From contig CM059425.1 of the NCBI GenBank assembly GCA_030390025.1, positions 170,564,001-170,628,000 on the forward strand: DNA of 64,000 nt, in the 5' to 3' direction. Shown here piece after piece: positions 1 through 12,079 of this stretch. Source of the stretch: Squalus acanthias (lineage: Eukaryota). The notes beneath the pieces are model-generated. The model had not been told where the DNA came from, made no database searches, and worked only from the letters and a program-made list of their open reading frames with translations. Made by a program: the position numbers and the translations under genes. Within the stretch, counting starts at the first letter, position 1; every line of letters begins with the position of its first letter.

Positions 1-1137
1 CCAGACCTCCCGGGCAGCAATGTGCGCCGCTGCTGGTGGCAACTGCATCTCAGCTTCCTCCTCCTCCTCCTCCTTGTCTTCCACCTACTCCTCCTCTGAA
101 GAGGCTGTGTGCTATACGCTTTGCTCCTCCTGCAGCTCCAATCCTCGCTGCTGCTCTATGTTGTGCAGGGTGCAGCAGATGACTATGATTCTGGATACCC
201 TGGCTGGTGCGTAATGAAGGGCTCCTCCAGACTTGTAAAGGCATCTGAAGCGCATCTTCAGCATGCCTATTGCTTGTTCTGTGACACACCTGGTGGAAAT
301 GTAGCTACCATTATAATGCTCCTGGGCCTCAGTACTTGGCCTCCTCAGGGGTGTCATGAGCCACGTCTTCAATGGATAGCCCTTGTCTCCAAGTAGCCAG
401 CCGGTAAGTCTGTTTGGAGGGGCGAAGAACTTCGGGAAGGTGGACTGGTGCAGCACAAAAGAGTCATGACAGCTGCCAGGGAATCTGGCGCACACCTGCA
501 TAATCATCTTTTTATGGTTGCGGACGAGCTGCACATTGAGGGAGTGGAAGCCGTTCTGGTCACAAACACTCCTGGGTGATGTGGGGGTGCCTTCATGGCC
601 ACATGTGTGCAGTCGATGACACCCTGCACCTGTGGGAAGTCAGCCAGAGCTGCAAAGCCAAGCGCCCGCTCAGAAACACTGGCTTCATCAGTGGCAAAGT
701 TGATATAATTGGCTGACTTGTGAAACATGGCATCGGTCACCTGGGTGATGCATTTGCGGGCAGCCGACTGCAAGATGCCGCAAATGTCTGTTGCAGATCC
801 CTGGAAGAAGCCTGAGGTGAAGTTGAGGGCGGTGGTGACTTTGTAAACCAGAACCTCTGGGCAGCAGGTCTTGTTCCAGCAAGCTACAAATGTCTGCGAC
901 GACCAGGCGCGATAGCCTGAGCCTCCTGAAGCACTGCTGCTCAGTCATGTTGAGGAAGCTCATCCTCTGCCTGTATACCCTGTGTTAGGGGTATCGCTTC
1001 CGGCATGCTGAAGCCCTGTGCTGCACCCCCACCACCCCCACCCCCCTCCTCTCCTGTGGAGCATCAGGTCATTGAGGAGAAGGCTCATCTTGGACCGATT
1101 CTGAGGACCAAGGTGAGACAGTATAAGCGGCACCCAT
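1..1137 (-). pseudogene. Harbinger (PIF) DDE transposase, HARBI1-like, frameshifted; runs off the window edge
   Basis: Pieces 688-963 ([19 protein letters not shown]), 504-773 ([13 protein letters not shown]) and 112-534 ([31 protein letters not shown]) give the HARBI1-type D-D-E motifs. ATG at 1137. Same family as 58368-59617. Confidence 0.93.
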
Positions 1138-1262
1138 GCTGATGTCATGGATGGCAGGTCAAATAGCGATCAGAGGTCCATTCCCTCAATGTTGTGATAA
1201 TGTGGTGAGAGTGGCTTCCAAGGTTGCAGAAATTACCTGCAAACGCCAGAAAACGAAATCTG

Positions 1263-4200
1263 TCTCTCTCTTAGGCAGTCCCTCGGAACCAAGGATGACT
1301 TGCATCCACATTAAAAATGAGTTCTCAGGTGACTGATGAGTCCAATGCGGGACCTACAGGGGGAAAATTCAGTTGCTTTGCGCCTACCGTTTGTGCCCTA
1401 AGAGGGCTTAATGGGGCGCAAAGCAACTAGCGCCCGGGTGCGGCAATGTTTGCGCCGCTCGCGAAATTGACCAGACATTTTGCGGCAGCGCTAAACACTA
1501 CCGCCACGATCTCCTGCGCCCGCAGATCGTGACGTCAGTCGAGCGTGCAGCGCCCCGGACCGGATATTGAGTGGCGCCCCCTGCCTTACCGCCTGCCGCT
1601 AGCAACGACAGGTTGAGGAGAGCGTTTTGCAGTCGGGAAGAGACTGGGGGAGCGCTATTTAAAGGCAACTGCTTCCTGCCTTTTTTTGTCGGCGACATTT
1701 TGCACCAAGCATTCTGAGAGAGAGAGAGAGACTTCTGGAGAGATTCAATGCTGTGTGAAGGAGTTTTGGGTACTGAGCAGCACTTTGCAGTTTCATTTTG
1801 ATTTGACCTTGCATTGATTCAGAAGAGACTATGGGGGCTGCACCCTGAGCTCTTTCCCTGGGCCTCTCCATTGTTCTTTCCAGCAGATTTGATGTACAGG
1901 TCTGTCCAGGCCGAGATTCAAGGCTGCAATGAGCGGGGTGTGGATGGAGAGCAAGATTGACCCTCCCCTTTAAGGACTGGCCGGCGCCAGTGTGTCTGTG
2001 TTCCATTGCTGACTGACATCACATGAGCTTCGCCAGCGCTCTGAAGTAGCGCCTCGCTCCTCGGCGTTAGCGCCTTAAGAGAGATGTGTAGTGCCTGATT
2101 TAGCGCTTCAATCACCTCCAGGGGCGATAGAAGCCAAGTTTGCAGTCAGAGGCGGTAATTAGCGGCAGGCGCTAAACTTTGCGCCCTGTCGATAATTGCG
2201 CCCCAAACGGGGCGATACCGAATTTCTCCCCCATAGTCTCTGTCACAGGTGGGGCAGATGGTGGTTGAAGGGGTGGGTGGGTAGGGTGCTTGGGTTGATG
2301 TGAGCTCCTTGCGCTGCCTGCGCTTGGCCTCCGCTTGCTCCCGGCGAAGAGACTCGAGGTGTTCGCCGCCTTCCCGAATGCTTCTCCTCCACTTTGTGCG
2401 GTCTTGGGCCAGGGATTCCCAGGTGTCGGTGGGGATGTTGCACTTTTTCAAGGAGGCTTTGAGGGTGTCCTTGAAGCATTTCCTCTGCCCACCTGGGGCT
2501 CTCTTGCCGTGTCGGAGCTCCGAGTAGAGCGCTTGTTCTGGGAGTCTCGTATCGGGCATGCGGACAATGTGACCCGTCCATTGGAGCTGATCGAGCGTGG
2601 TCAAAGCTTCGATGCTGGGGATGTTGACCTGAGCGAGAACACTGACGTTGGTGCGCCTATCCTGCCAATGGATTTGCAGGATCTTGCGGAGACAATGTTG
2701 GTGGTACCTCTCCAGTGCTTTGAGGTGCCTGCTGTACATGGTCCATGTCTCTGAGGCATACAGGAGGGCGGGTATCACTACTGCTCTGTAGACCATGAGC
2801 TTGGTGCCGGGTTTGAGGTCCTGGTCTTCAAACACCCTCTTCCTCAGGCGACCGAAGGCTACACTGGCACACTCAAGGCGGTGTTGGTCTTCATCATCGA
2901 CGTCTGCCCTTGTTGACAGTGGGCTCCCAAGGTATGGAAAGTGGTCCATGTTGTCCAAGGCCTCGTCGTAGATTTTGATAATTGGGGGGCAGTACTGTGT
3001 GGCAGGGTCAGGTTGGTAGAGGACCTTTGTCTTACGGATGTTTAGTGTAAGGTCCATGCTCTCGTATGCTTTGGTGAAGGTTTTGACGATGGTTTGGATT
3101 TCGACCTCCGAGTGTGCACAGATGCAACCGTCGTCTGCGTACTGTAATTCGACAACAGAGGATGGGATGACCTTGGATCTGGACTGGAGGTGACGGAGGT
3201 TGAACAGTTTCCCGTTTGTTCTGTAAATTAGCTCCACTCCAGCGGGGAGCTTACTGAGGGTGGGATGGAGCATTACAGCAAGGAAGATCGAGAAGAGCGT
3301 TAGTGCGATGACACAGCCTTACTTGACCCCAGTCCGTACATGAATTGGGTCTGTGGTGGAACCGTTGGTCAGGATCACGGCTTGCATGTTGTCGTGAAGC
3401 AGGCGGAGGATGGTGACAAATTTTGAGGGCAGTCGAATATGAGGAGGACATTCCATAATCCCTCATGATTGACAATGTCGAAGGCCTTTGTGAGATCAAA
3501 GAAGGCCATGTACAGCGGTTGGTGCTGTTCCCTGCATTTCTCTTGTATTTGACATGCGGTGAAGATCATGTTCATTGTGCCCCTTAGTGGGCGGAATCCG
3601 CATTGCGACTCTGGGAGGAGCTCTTCAGCCACTGGGAGAAGGCAATTGAGGAGGATTATTGCGATGACTTTCCCTGTGGCAGACAGCGGGGAAACTCCTC
3701 TGTAATTACCGCAATCGGACTTGTCACCTTTCTTGAAAATGGTCACAATTACGGTGTCTCTGAGATCCCCTGGCATGCTCTCCTCCTTCCAGATAAGAGA
3801 AATTAGTTGATGAATTCGCGCCAGTAGTGCTTCTCCACCATGCTTTAGTGCCTTGGCAGGGATTGCATCTGCCCCTGAGGCCTTGTTGTTCTTCAGTTGT
3901 CGGATGGCCTTTTCAACCTCATGCCGAGCTGGGGTTGTGCTGAGGTGGTGGCGGGTAGCATGCTGCGGGATGGAGTTGAGGACACTCGCATCAAAGACAG
4001 AGTCTCGGTTAAGGAGATCTTCGAAGTGCTCCTTCCAGCGGACACTGACTGCCTCCCTGTCGTTGATGAGTACCTCTCCGTTCTTGGCCTACAGTGGGGT
4101 AGGACCTTGGGTGCTTGGGCCGTAGGTGGTCTTGACTGTGCTAAAGAATCCACACATGTCGTGGTTGTCGGCTAGCTGCTGGATCTCCTGCACTTTCTCC

Positions 4201-4592
4201 ACCCACCATCTGTTCTTTAGGTCGCGAGTTTTTTGTTGGACCTCGGCTGTCAGGCATCTGTAGAGCTGCTTTCTTGCTCTCGAGTTCTGTTGCTGTTTCC
4301 AGATCAGGAATGCCTTGCGCTGTGGCTTATTAGCTCCTGGATCTCCTGGTCATTCTTGTCAAACCAGTCTTGGTGTTCCCTGGTCAAGTGACCGAGTATC
4401 TCTTCACAGGTGCTGATTTTGGAGGCCTTGAGTACAGAACAGGCGTTGTGGACACTCTGTGTCTCTGCATCACTGGGCATCGTCAGGTTGATTGTGAGGC
4501 ACAGGCTGAATAGGGCTTTCTTAGCGGGGTCTTTGAGTGCTCCAGCGTTGATTTTCCTGTGGCATTGTTTCTGTTGCCGCCGCTGTTTTGGG
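1263..4592 (-). mobile_element. RTE-clade LINE, 5'-truncated, interrupted by a MITE at 1359-2232
   Basis: RT motifs LPESQCGFRP, FFDLTKAFD, LQYADD, FPYLGS in ORFs 3375-3776 and 2146-3273. The 3' end at 1263-1358 is the reverse complement of the RTE tail at about 34878-34970. Confidence 0.93.
1359..2232. mobile_element. Non-autonomous Harbinger-type MITE nested in the RTE 3' end
   Basis: Termini GGGGGAAAATTC / GAATTTCTCCCCC; 3-bp TSD ACA/ATA; removing it restores the RTE sequence GACCTACAGTCTCTGTCAC; CpG-rich. Confidence 0.88.
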
Positions 4593-4770
4593 CCGGCCCA
4601 CATGATCCCAGGGGCGCTTGCAAACCATGTGCTCCCCTGGGATATGTGGGCCTCTGCCCACATGTACCTGGAGAGGCCCAGGAGCACGAATCTCTGTACC
4701 TCCCGGGCTACCAAGTAGATTCGTAGATTTTTTTCGCTGGTCGGAAGCCTCCGACCGCAAATTTTGGGCC
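4588..4770. mobile_element. One end of a MITE of the 45390-46142 family
   Basis: Reverse complement matches about 45390-45590; ends CCGCAAATTTTGGGCC. Confidence 0.75.
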
Positions 4771-5084
4771 AATATTAGCAGTTCAAATCACATTTCTGCA
4801 ATGGGATTTTGAGGGGCCACGTTAATATGAACTAGCAGGAAGCAGTAATTTAGTACCACTGTTCAACCAAAAGAAACAAATCCAGGGGGTCAGAGATTCA
4901 GGGAAGTTCACTGTTTCTTGGTTGCAGTAGAAAAAATATTGAACGAAAAGTCCCTCCAGCTCAAACAAGGTCAATGCCCATTGTTGCACTGCCATCAGCA
5001 TCCAGTTAAAAATATAAGAAAGCATAGAAGATAAGAAAAACCATTCATCCCATCAAGCCATGCACAACCCTTCCACAAACGATA

Positions 5085-5362
5085 ATTAGGGGCCATACAT
5101 ATAAAATAGTCACGAATAAATCCAATAGGGAAGTCAAGAGAATCTTCTTCACCCAGAATGTGGAACTCGCTAACACAAGTAGTTGAGGTGAATAGCATAG
5201 ATGCATTTAGGGGAAGCTAGATAAGCACATGAGGGAGAAAGGAATAGAAGGATACTTCAATAGGGTTAGATGAAGTAGGGTGGGAGGAGATTCATATGGA
5301 GCATAAACACCAGCATGGACCAGTTGGGCAGAATGGACTGTTTCTGTTGTAAATTCTATGTA
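5085..5362 (+). mobile_element. CR1 LINE 3' end fragment
   Basis: TTCTTCACCCAG-AATGTGGAACTCGCT...GCATTTAGGGGAAGCTAGAT...TTCTATG tail; same family at 46150-46392 and 48660-49225. Confidence 0.75.
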
Positions 5363-5933
5363 AAAATCATGCATAATCAGTTTTATCATGATTCCTACCT
5401 AACCCCTTTCGACTCTTGAGGAAAGTTACCCCAAAGTTTCAGCCTCCTTCCATAGGATAACTTAATCGAAACTCCAGAATACCTATCCAATCTAGCATCC
5501 TACATTAATCATCAGTTGCCTATCCTGGGAGGACACGTCTATGCGTCCCATAGTTTAGGAAACATCAGCACCATTACTATGTGGCCAACCATGTGGTGTT
5601 AGTGCAATGGTACCAGAACTACTCCTCTATGGGTGCTGCTTGGCCTAAAAATTGGGAACCGCCACGCCAAAACTGATGAGCAAAAGGACCACATGAAACT
5701 GATCCTCTTGCGCAATCAGGACGCGACCGTTGTGCTGAGGATGCCAATTGCGCCCCATTAGGCAGTGCACCGCTCACGAAGAATATAAAGATCAGCCAGC
5801 AAAGAGGCTGGGACTGGAGCAACTGTAAGTCCAGGAAGTGAGGGGAGGAGATTGGGAGGGAGTGGCAAGCAGTGGCCGGCAGCAGCCCACAGTATGCCTG
5901 CTCCTTCTGGATCAACATTCAGGTAAGCCCCCC

Positions 5934-7748
5934 TTTTTTTTATTCATTCTCAAGATGTGGGCGTCAGTGGCAAGGCCAGAATTTATTGCCCATTGCTAAT
6001 TGCCCTTGAGAAGGTGGCGGTGAGCCGCCTTCTTGAACCGCTACAGTCCGTTTGGTGAAGGTACTCCCATAGTGCTGTTAGGGAGGGAGTTCCAGGATTT
6101 TGACCCAGCGACAATGAAGGAATGGCGATATACTTCCAAGTCAGGATGGTGTGTGACTTGGAGGGAAACTTTAAGGTGATGGTGTTCCCATGCACCTGCT
6201 GCCCTTGTCCTTCTATGCTTCAGAGGTTGCGGGTTTGGGAGGTGCTGTCAAAGAAGCCTTGGCAAGTTGCTGCAGTGCATCTTGTAGATGGTACATACTG
6301 TGGACAGGACATACCTGGGCAGTTTTCCACATTGTCGGGTAAATGCCAGTGTTGTAGCTGTACTGAAACAGCTTGGCTAGAGGCACGGCTAGTTCTGGAG
6401 CACAAGTCTTCAACACGACAGCCAGGATGTTGTCGGGGCCCACAGTCTTTGCTGTATCCAGTCCGCTCAGCTGTTTCTTGATATCACGTGGAGTGAATCG
6501 AATTGGCTGAAGACTGGCTTCTGTGATGGTGGGGACCTCAGGAGGAGGCTGTGATGGATCATCCACTCAGCACTTCTGGCTGAAGATGGTTGCGAACATT
6601 TCTGCCTTGTATTTTGCACTCATGTGCTGGGCTCCGCCATTATTGAGGGTGGGGATCTTCATGGAGGCTCCTCCTCCCGTTAGTTGTTTAATTGTCTACC
6701 AGCATTCACAACTGGATGTGGCAGGGCTGCAGCTTTGATCCAAACCGTTGGTTGTGAGATTGCTTAGTTCTATCTTTAACATGCTCTTATCACTGTTTAG
6801 CATGTATGTAGTCCTTTGTTGTAGCTTCACCAGGTTGGCTTTAGGTACGCCTGGTGCTGCTCCTGGCATGCTCTTCTGCACACCTCATTGAACCAAGGTT
6901 GGTCCCCTGGCTCGATGGTAATGGGAGAGTGAGGGATATGCCTGGACATGAGGTTACAAATTGTGGTGGAATACAATTCTGCTGCTGCTGATGGCCCACA
7001 GCACCTCATGGATGCCCAGTTTTGAGCTGCTAGATCTGTTCTGAATCTATCCCATTTAGCACGGCAGTAGTGCCACATAACACGATGGAGGGTGTCTTCA
7101 GTGTGAAGACGGGTTTTGTCTCCACAAGGACTGTGCAGTGGTCACTCCTACCAATACTGTCATGGACAGATGCATCTGTGACAGGTAGTTTGGTGAGGAC
7201 AAGGTCGAGTAGGTTTTTCCCTCATGTTGGTTCTCTTGCCATCTGCCACAGACCCAGTCTGGCAGCTATGTCCTTCAGGACTCGGCCAGTTCGGTCAGTA
7301 GTGGTGCTACCGAGCCACTCTTGGTGATGGACATTGAAGTCCCCCACCCAGAGTACATTCTGTGCCCTTGCTACCCTCAGTGCTTCTATTGAAATAGTGT
7401 TCAACATGGAGTACTGCTTCATCAGCTAAGGGAGGGCGGTAGGTGGTAATCAGCAGGAGGTTTCCTTGCCCATGTTTGACATGATGCCATGAGACTTCAT
7501 AGGGTCCCGAGTCAATGTTGAGGACTTGCAGGGCCACTCCTTCCCGACTGTATACCATCACCTCTGGTGATGGAGGTGTCTGGGACGTTGGCTGAAAGAT
7601 ATGATTCTGTGAGTATGATTATGTCACGCTGCTGCTTGACTAGTCTGTGGGACAGCACTTTTGGCACAAGTCCCCAGATGTTAGTGAGGAGGACTTTGCA
7701 GGGTCGACTAGGATGGGTGTGCCTTTGCCATGTCTGCGTCTGGTGCCT
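5934..7748 (-). mobile_element. CR1-group APE-RT LINE body with internal deletions
   Basis: APE motifs (VLLTNIWGL, IIILTESYL, VGDFNVHH), linker QPWFNE and RT N-terminus (GPDNI...LKTCAPEL..PLAKLF...WKTAQVCPVH). The RT core is deleted near 6295. The 3' tail with poly(A) is shared with 53278-53745 and 55340-56065. Confidence 0.88.
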
Positions 7749-9378
7749 AGGTAAGGACAGCAGATTTCCTTCCCTAAAGGACAGTGGTGAACCAGATGGG
7801 TTTTTATGACAATCCGATAGTTTCATGGTTTTTAATTCCAGATTTATTTAACTCAATTTAAATTCCACAACTGCCGTGGTGGGATTTGAACTCATGGGGG
7901 CGATTTTCTCACTGGAGGCGACATGGTTTCGGTTTGGGTGGGTTGGAAACCCGCCTCCACTGATAGTTTTCAAAAAATTGCGATTTTCCCATGATTGGCC
8001 ACTTGATTTCAGAGGTGTGGGATGCCCTAGGTCAATTAGTGTTTTGGGACTGAAACTCGCCTCTGCTGACATCACTTTTCCAGTCTGATTTTATGGCTTC
8101 TTGCTGCCTTGGCTCTTTCCACAGGATTTCTGCCTATGCTGCACCACCTGCAACATATTCTGAGAAACCACTATGTCCAACTCCCAGGCAAGGGCCTCCC
8201 CGAGGCTCTCGGATGAGGCGCTGCAAATGTTGTTTGAGGGGGTGACAGCTAGCAGGGAGGTGCTCTTCCACTCATCTGGGAGCAAGAGGCCTCCCAAAGA
8301 AACCAAAGCTGTGTGGGTACAACTGGCAAGTGATATAACCTCTAGATCTGTGTGCAGATTGGGAGAATGTTTCTGTGTATTGATGAAATGCCATCCCTGT
8401 TGGAAAGCATTAAAATGATTTGATGCCAAAATGTTGGCGTTATGGCATCTGTTCTTTCGCCTTAGGCAGCTCCACATTGCGGGCTCCGCCACACTTGCGT
8501 TGTCAGGTTGGTGGCCTGAATGAAAGGAGGCCAGAGCATCATGTCCATTGTCAATGATGTCTTAGGATGGAGCCAAGGACATGTGACAACTTGGGCAACC
8601 TATGCAAATCTGGCCATGATAAGTTCATCCTTTGCATCCCGGGCAGCCATGTGCTCGCGTGCTGCCGCTGCTGCTGGTCGATACATCGGCGCTCTGACCT
8701 CCTCCTGCTCCTCCTCCTGCTCCTCCTCAGCCTCCTCCTCCTCCTCATCCTCATCTGAGGTCCATGGAGAAAGAAAACTAATGGTTCCCATGCTGTTTGC
8801 AGATGCCTCTGTTGGGGAAGCGCTCATTGCAAGCGGGGAGAGGGTCTTCCTAGGAGGTCCCACAGTTAATAGATTCATGCTGCAGCACCTCCGACTTTGG
8901 AAGGCCTGCTAAAAGTGCTCAAAGACCTTTTAAAGCAAAGTTCTGGCACCTGCAAGTAATCCTTGATGAAATAAACGATGTATTGTTGGACCTGCAGCTG
9001 TGAGACCACCCATGAGTCAACCCACCAGGTTTAGCTGGCATGGTTTAGGAGGGTCGTGGAACACGCCGAAATGCTCGAAAAATCACGAGGGCCTCTCAAA
9101 ATAGGCTTAGAGAGGATTCTTAACGAGCATTTAATGATGTTAACTAGCGCTATGGCCAGCTGGAGGCGGGACCGTTTCCCGACCTCCAAAACCGGCACCG
9201 GCAAAATCCTGCAGAGGCGGGTTGGAGGCGGGTTCCAAACCCACCCTCATTGTTTCTGATTTTCCCGCCTCCAAACCCACCTCCTCCGACGTCAGAAAAT
9301 CACCCCCCATGTCTCCGGATCATTAATCCAGGCCTCTGGATTACTAGTCCAGTAACATAACCACTATGCTACCGTTCC
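7749..9378 (-). mobile_element. tRNA-derived (Pol III A/B box) head contiguous with the LINE 5' end, split by a Harbinger insertion
   Basis: After removing 7896-9310 the minus strand reads GGTAGCATAGTGG (A box)...GACATGAGTTCAAATCCCACC (B box)...GGAAATCTGCTGTCCTTACC. Confidence 0.8.
7896..9307. mobile_element. Internally deleted Harbinger element
   Basis: TIR GGGGGCGATTTTCT / AGAAAATCACCCCC; TSD CAT/CAT (7893-7895, 9308-9310); Myb/SANT remnant at 8173 on + (PRLSDEALQMLFEGV...WVQLASDITSRS); transposase remnant 8600-8791 on -. Confidence 0.92.
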
Positions 9379-9659
9379 AGTGTTGGCAACCTCCAGCAGT
9401 CCCTTTAAGCACTGCTGTTTAAACTGTTCTGCATCTAAAAGAACTGACTGCAGTCTGCACAGTGCACGCTGCACTCAGACACCAACCAATTTCAGGAAGG
9501 GGTCTGAAATAGGCTGTAGGCCCCGAATTGCATAGGCAATGGGCCCCACGCCTGTTTCAGGTGGGAGCTCTGTACAACTACAATATAGGGTGCAATACAT
9601 ATGTGGTGGAGAATAAGCGCTGCACGTCACGTGCCATATTGGACCCTTTTGAAGGGGAA

Positions 9660-10350
9660 AAATGACTGGAGGCAGGCAGAGGGAGAACTGCACCATTGAG
9701 TGACTATTGCTTTGGAAGTCTGGCAGAGAAGGGTGGGATTTTTTGGAGGCAGGGGCCACCCTACAGTAAAGAGCAGCTCCAGAGCAGCATGAATAGTGGT
9801 GACAGGGAGTGTGAACGCTCTCTCACATGTGGCCCAAATCTGGAAGCAGGTGAGGAAGACATTTTGTGATCTATACAAGGTTGCTAAGGTAAATGCGCTC
9901 ATATGTGACTTTATTTTACAATGTTGGCTTATAATGCATTTTAACTGCACTTCACTCTAAACTTGGGGCACCATCATAGAGGGAGATGCACTGCACTTTG
10001 CCAATTTCCATCTTCATAAATGCACAGCCGTGCTGTAATAAGGCACTGCGTAATATTGCCATCGAGTTGATCCTATGGCCCATAAAATGTAGTAATTAAC
10101 AAACACCGAGCACGCTGCCAGCACAATGTACACAAATACTGTATGTTCACACACCCGCATAAAGTGGCTGGTGGCCTTGGGTGGTACAGATTTCTCACAT
10201 TCCTCATTCCAATCTATGTCCCTTTTTTAATACGCTTGCAGGAGAGGCAGCGCATGGAGTCAGGACAGAGGATGGACATTCTGTAACCTTTAACTCCTAT
10301 GGCCATGGATATTCTAGATGCAAGAGAGAGAATGGAGGAGGAGCAGGTCG
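9660..10350 (+). pseudogene. Decayed Harbinger Myb/SANT gene with an intron
   Basis: SVNALSHVAQIWKQVRKTFCDLYKVAK, then donor AAG|GTAAAT at 9889 and acceptor TTGCAG|GAG at 10241/10242, then ERQR...PLTPM. Confidence 0.55.
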
Positions 10351-10649
10351 GAGAATTCATGGCTATTATCTTTAGCTGTTCATCCCTTAACTCCTTATTC
10401 ACTCACTCATTCATTCCATCACACAGACATACACTGAAGCACTGCAGAATAACACACTGAAATCTCTTCCAATGTAAAGCTGCTTCAATGGATGTCTTGC
10501 TATTAATATTGTAAAATACATTCATCTTCTGTTCCTCTATGTATCCAAGAGTAGGCGCTATTACTGTTCACTGACTAGTCCCAACTGAACACCTCAGAGC
10601 ACCCTGTATGAACCCCTCCTAAAGTGGCTCGCAGCAGCACAGATATACC

Positions 10650-11780
10650 AGTTAATCAGTTTCAGGATGGAGCATTTGATGAAGCACAAATTAGAAGGAG
10701 CAAGTGTAGATGCAACTACATGAAACACAACTTGCTGGCTGGAGGGTCAGCTTGAGAGTTACTTTGGCTGCTGAGCCTAAGTATTCAGACCTCATAGAGC
10801 CTGTGTACGAACGTCATTCAGGGACTCAACATCAGGACTTCATGGAGACATCTGAGACTTTGCCAAGCAGCCTGTGCAGTTTGTGGGTGTCTATGGAGAA
10901 ATCTACAACGTACATCTGGACAGTGCTACATGACTGTCTAACTAAAGCTACAGATCACCATGGAGAACAGGGCCACTCCAGGGTCCTCTACAGAGGAACC
11001 CTATCTGTCCAAGCTGTAAGCTCAGGATTGCAACCATGCTATGACTGGTGCTCTACAGACCATGGGATCCAATAAACTGTGTTGGCGAATCAGACTGAGG
11101 CAGCCACAGCAGGACATCAACAACCTCACTGCTGCCCATCTCTGACCTGGAGGTGTTTGTCAAATCTAGCTGTAGCAATGTGCATTGTTCTGTGATGGCA
11201 TCCTTTGGAAATGTTAGACCATGAATTTCCTTGGAAATGTTCCTGCTCCACTATTGTAACTTCACCAGAAGTGCTACAGAAACCCTATTTACACATACTT
11301 CCAGTGAAGCACCTCTAAGGAAATTCCAGACCTTAGTTTCTTTGTATAGACATCTTTGGACTTGTCTAGGTATAAAAGGTTGGTCCTCTATACATGGGAT
11401 GGGTCTGAACTGAGCACCTATATTGCAAACACACTTGTCTGGCATGCATCCTGTAATCCTCCTCTCCTCTACCTTCAGAATCTGCAAACAAAGAGGTTTG
11501 CCAGTACGTATCCCCATATCTCCTTTCAAAGGATCAGCAAAGACCATTCACTTTGGAAACAAGATCACAGATACAGCACAGCTTTAAAAATCTGTCAGTA
11601 AAGCTCCAAGAAGTTTCACTGTCTACTTTTTCCAAAAGTGGCAATGTAGCAGAGCTACGCAATAAACAATAATGTACCTTTAACAGCAAGGACCCAATTG
11701 AGTTCTACCTTGGACTGCCCCTTTTACTTGGGCACTGAGCCTATGTAGCACTATTCCGATGTTCTAATTACAATATTGGA
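10650..11780 (+). mobile_element. Possible ancient L1/Tx1-type LINE ORF2 remnant
   Basis: Weak similarity by eye only (YSDLIEPVY; LSSTLDCPFYLGTEPM*H resembling the C-terminal CCHC region); many stops. Confidence 0.25.
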
Positions 11781-12079
11781 ACCTCCCCTGATTTGTATTA
11801 TAATTGCACTTAATGAGTCTAGCATACAAATGGTGCACAAGTTCAGGTACTTCTGGGCCAGGTTATTATGCGCTTTGCACATTGACTACTTCGGAAACCT
11901 CAGTACCGTGTAAGAATTACGGGCATCAAATATCATATTTGCAGCCAGTATCTCTATTTATCCTTGTAACCCTCAAGGCCATTCCTAACCAGATATTCAC
12001 CCAACTCTTTTTTCATGTGTATCAACTGACACAACACTAACCGCCTAAGCTCAAAATCTGTTTCACATATCCATTACTT

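Noticed and set aside
112..963. Host HARBI1 gene
   Set aside because: Frameshifted, multicopy within the window, and sister copies sit inside TIR/TSD-bounded elements.
2146..2232. Novel C-terminal domain on the RTE protein
   Set aside because: Read-through into the inserted MITE; the true C-terminus resumes at 1358.
9308..9378. tRNA gene (also considered at 56518-56585)
   Set aside because: A/B boxes are present but there is no complete cloverleaf, and the sequence continues into a SINE body.
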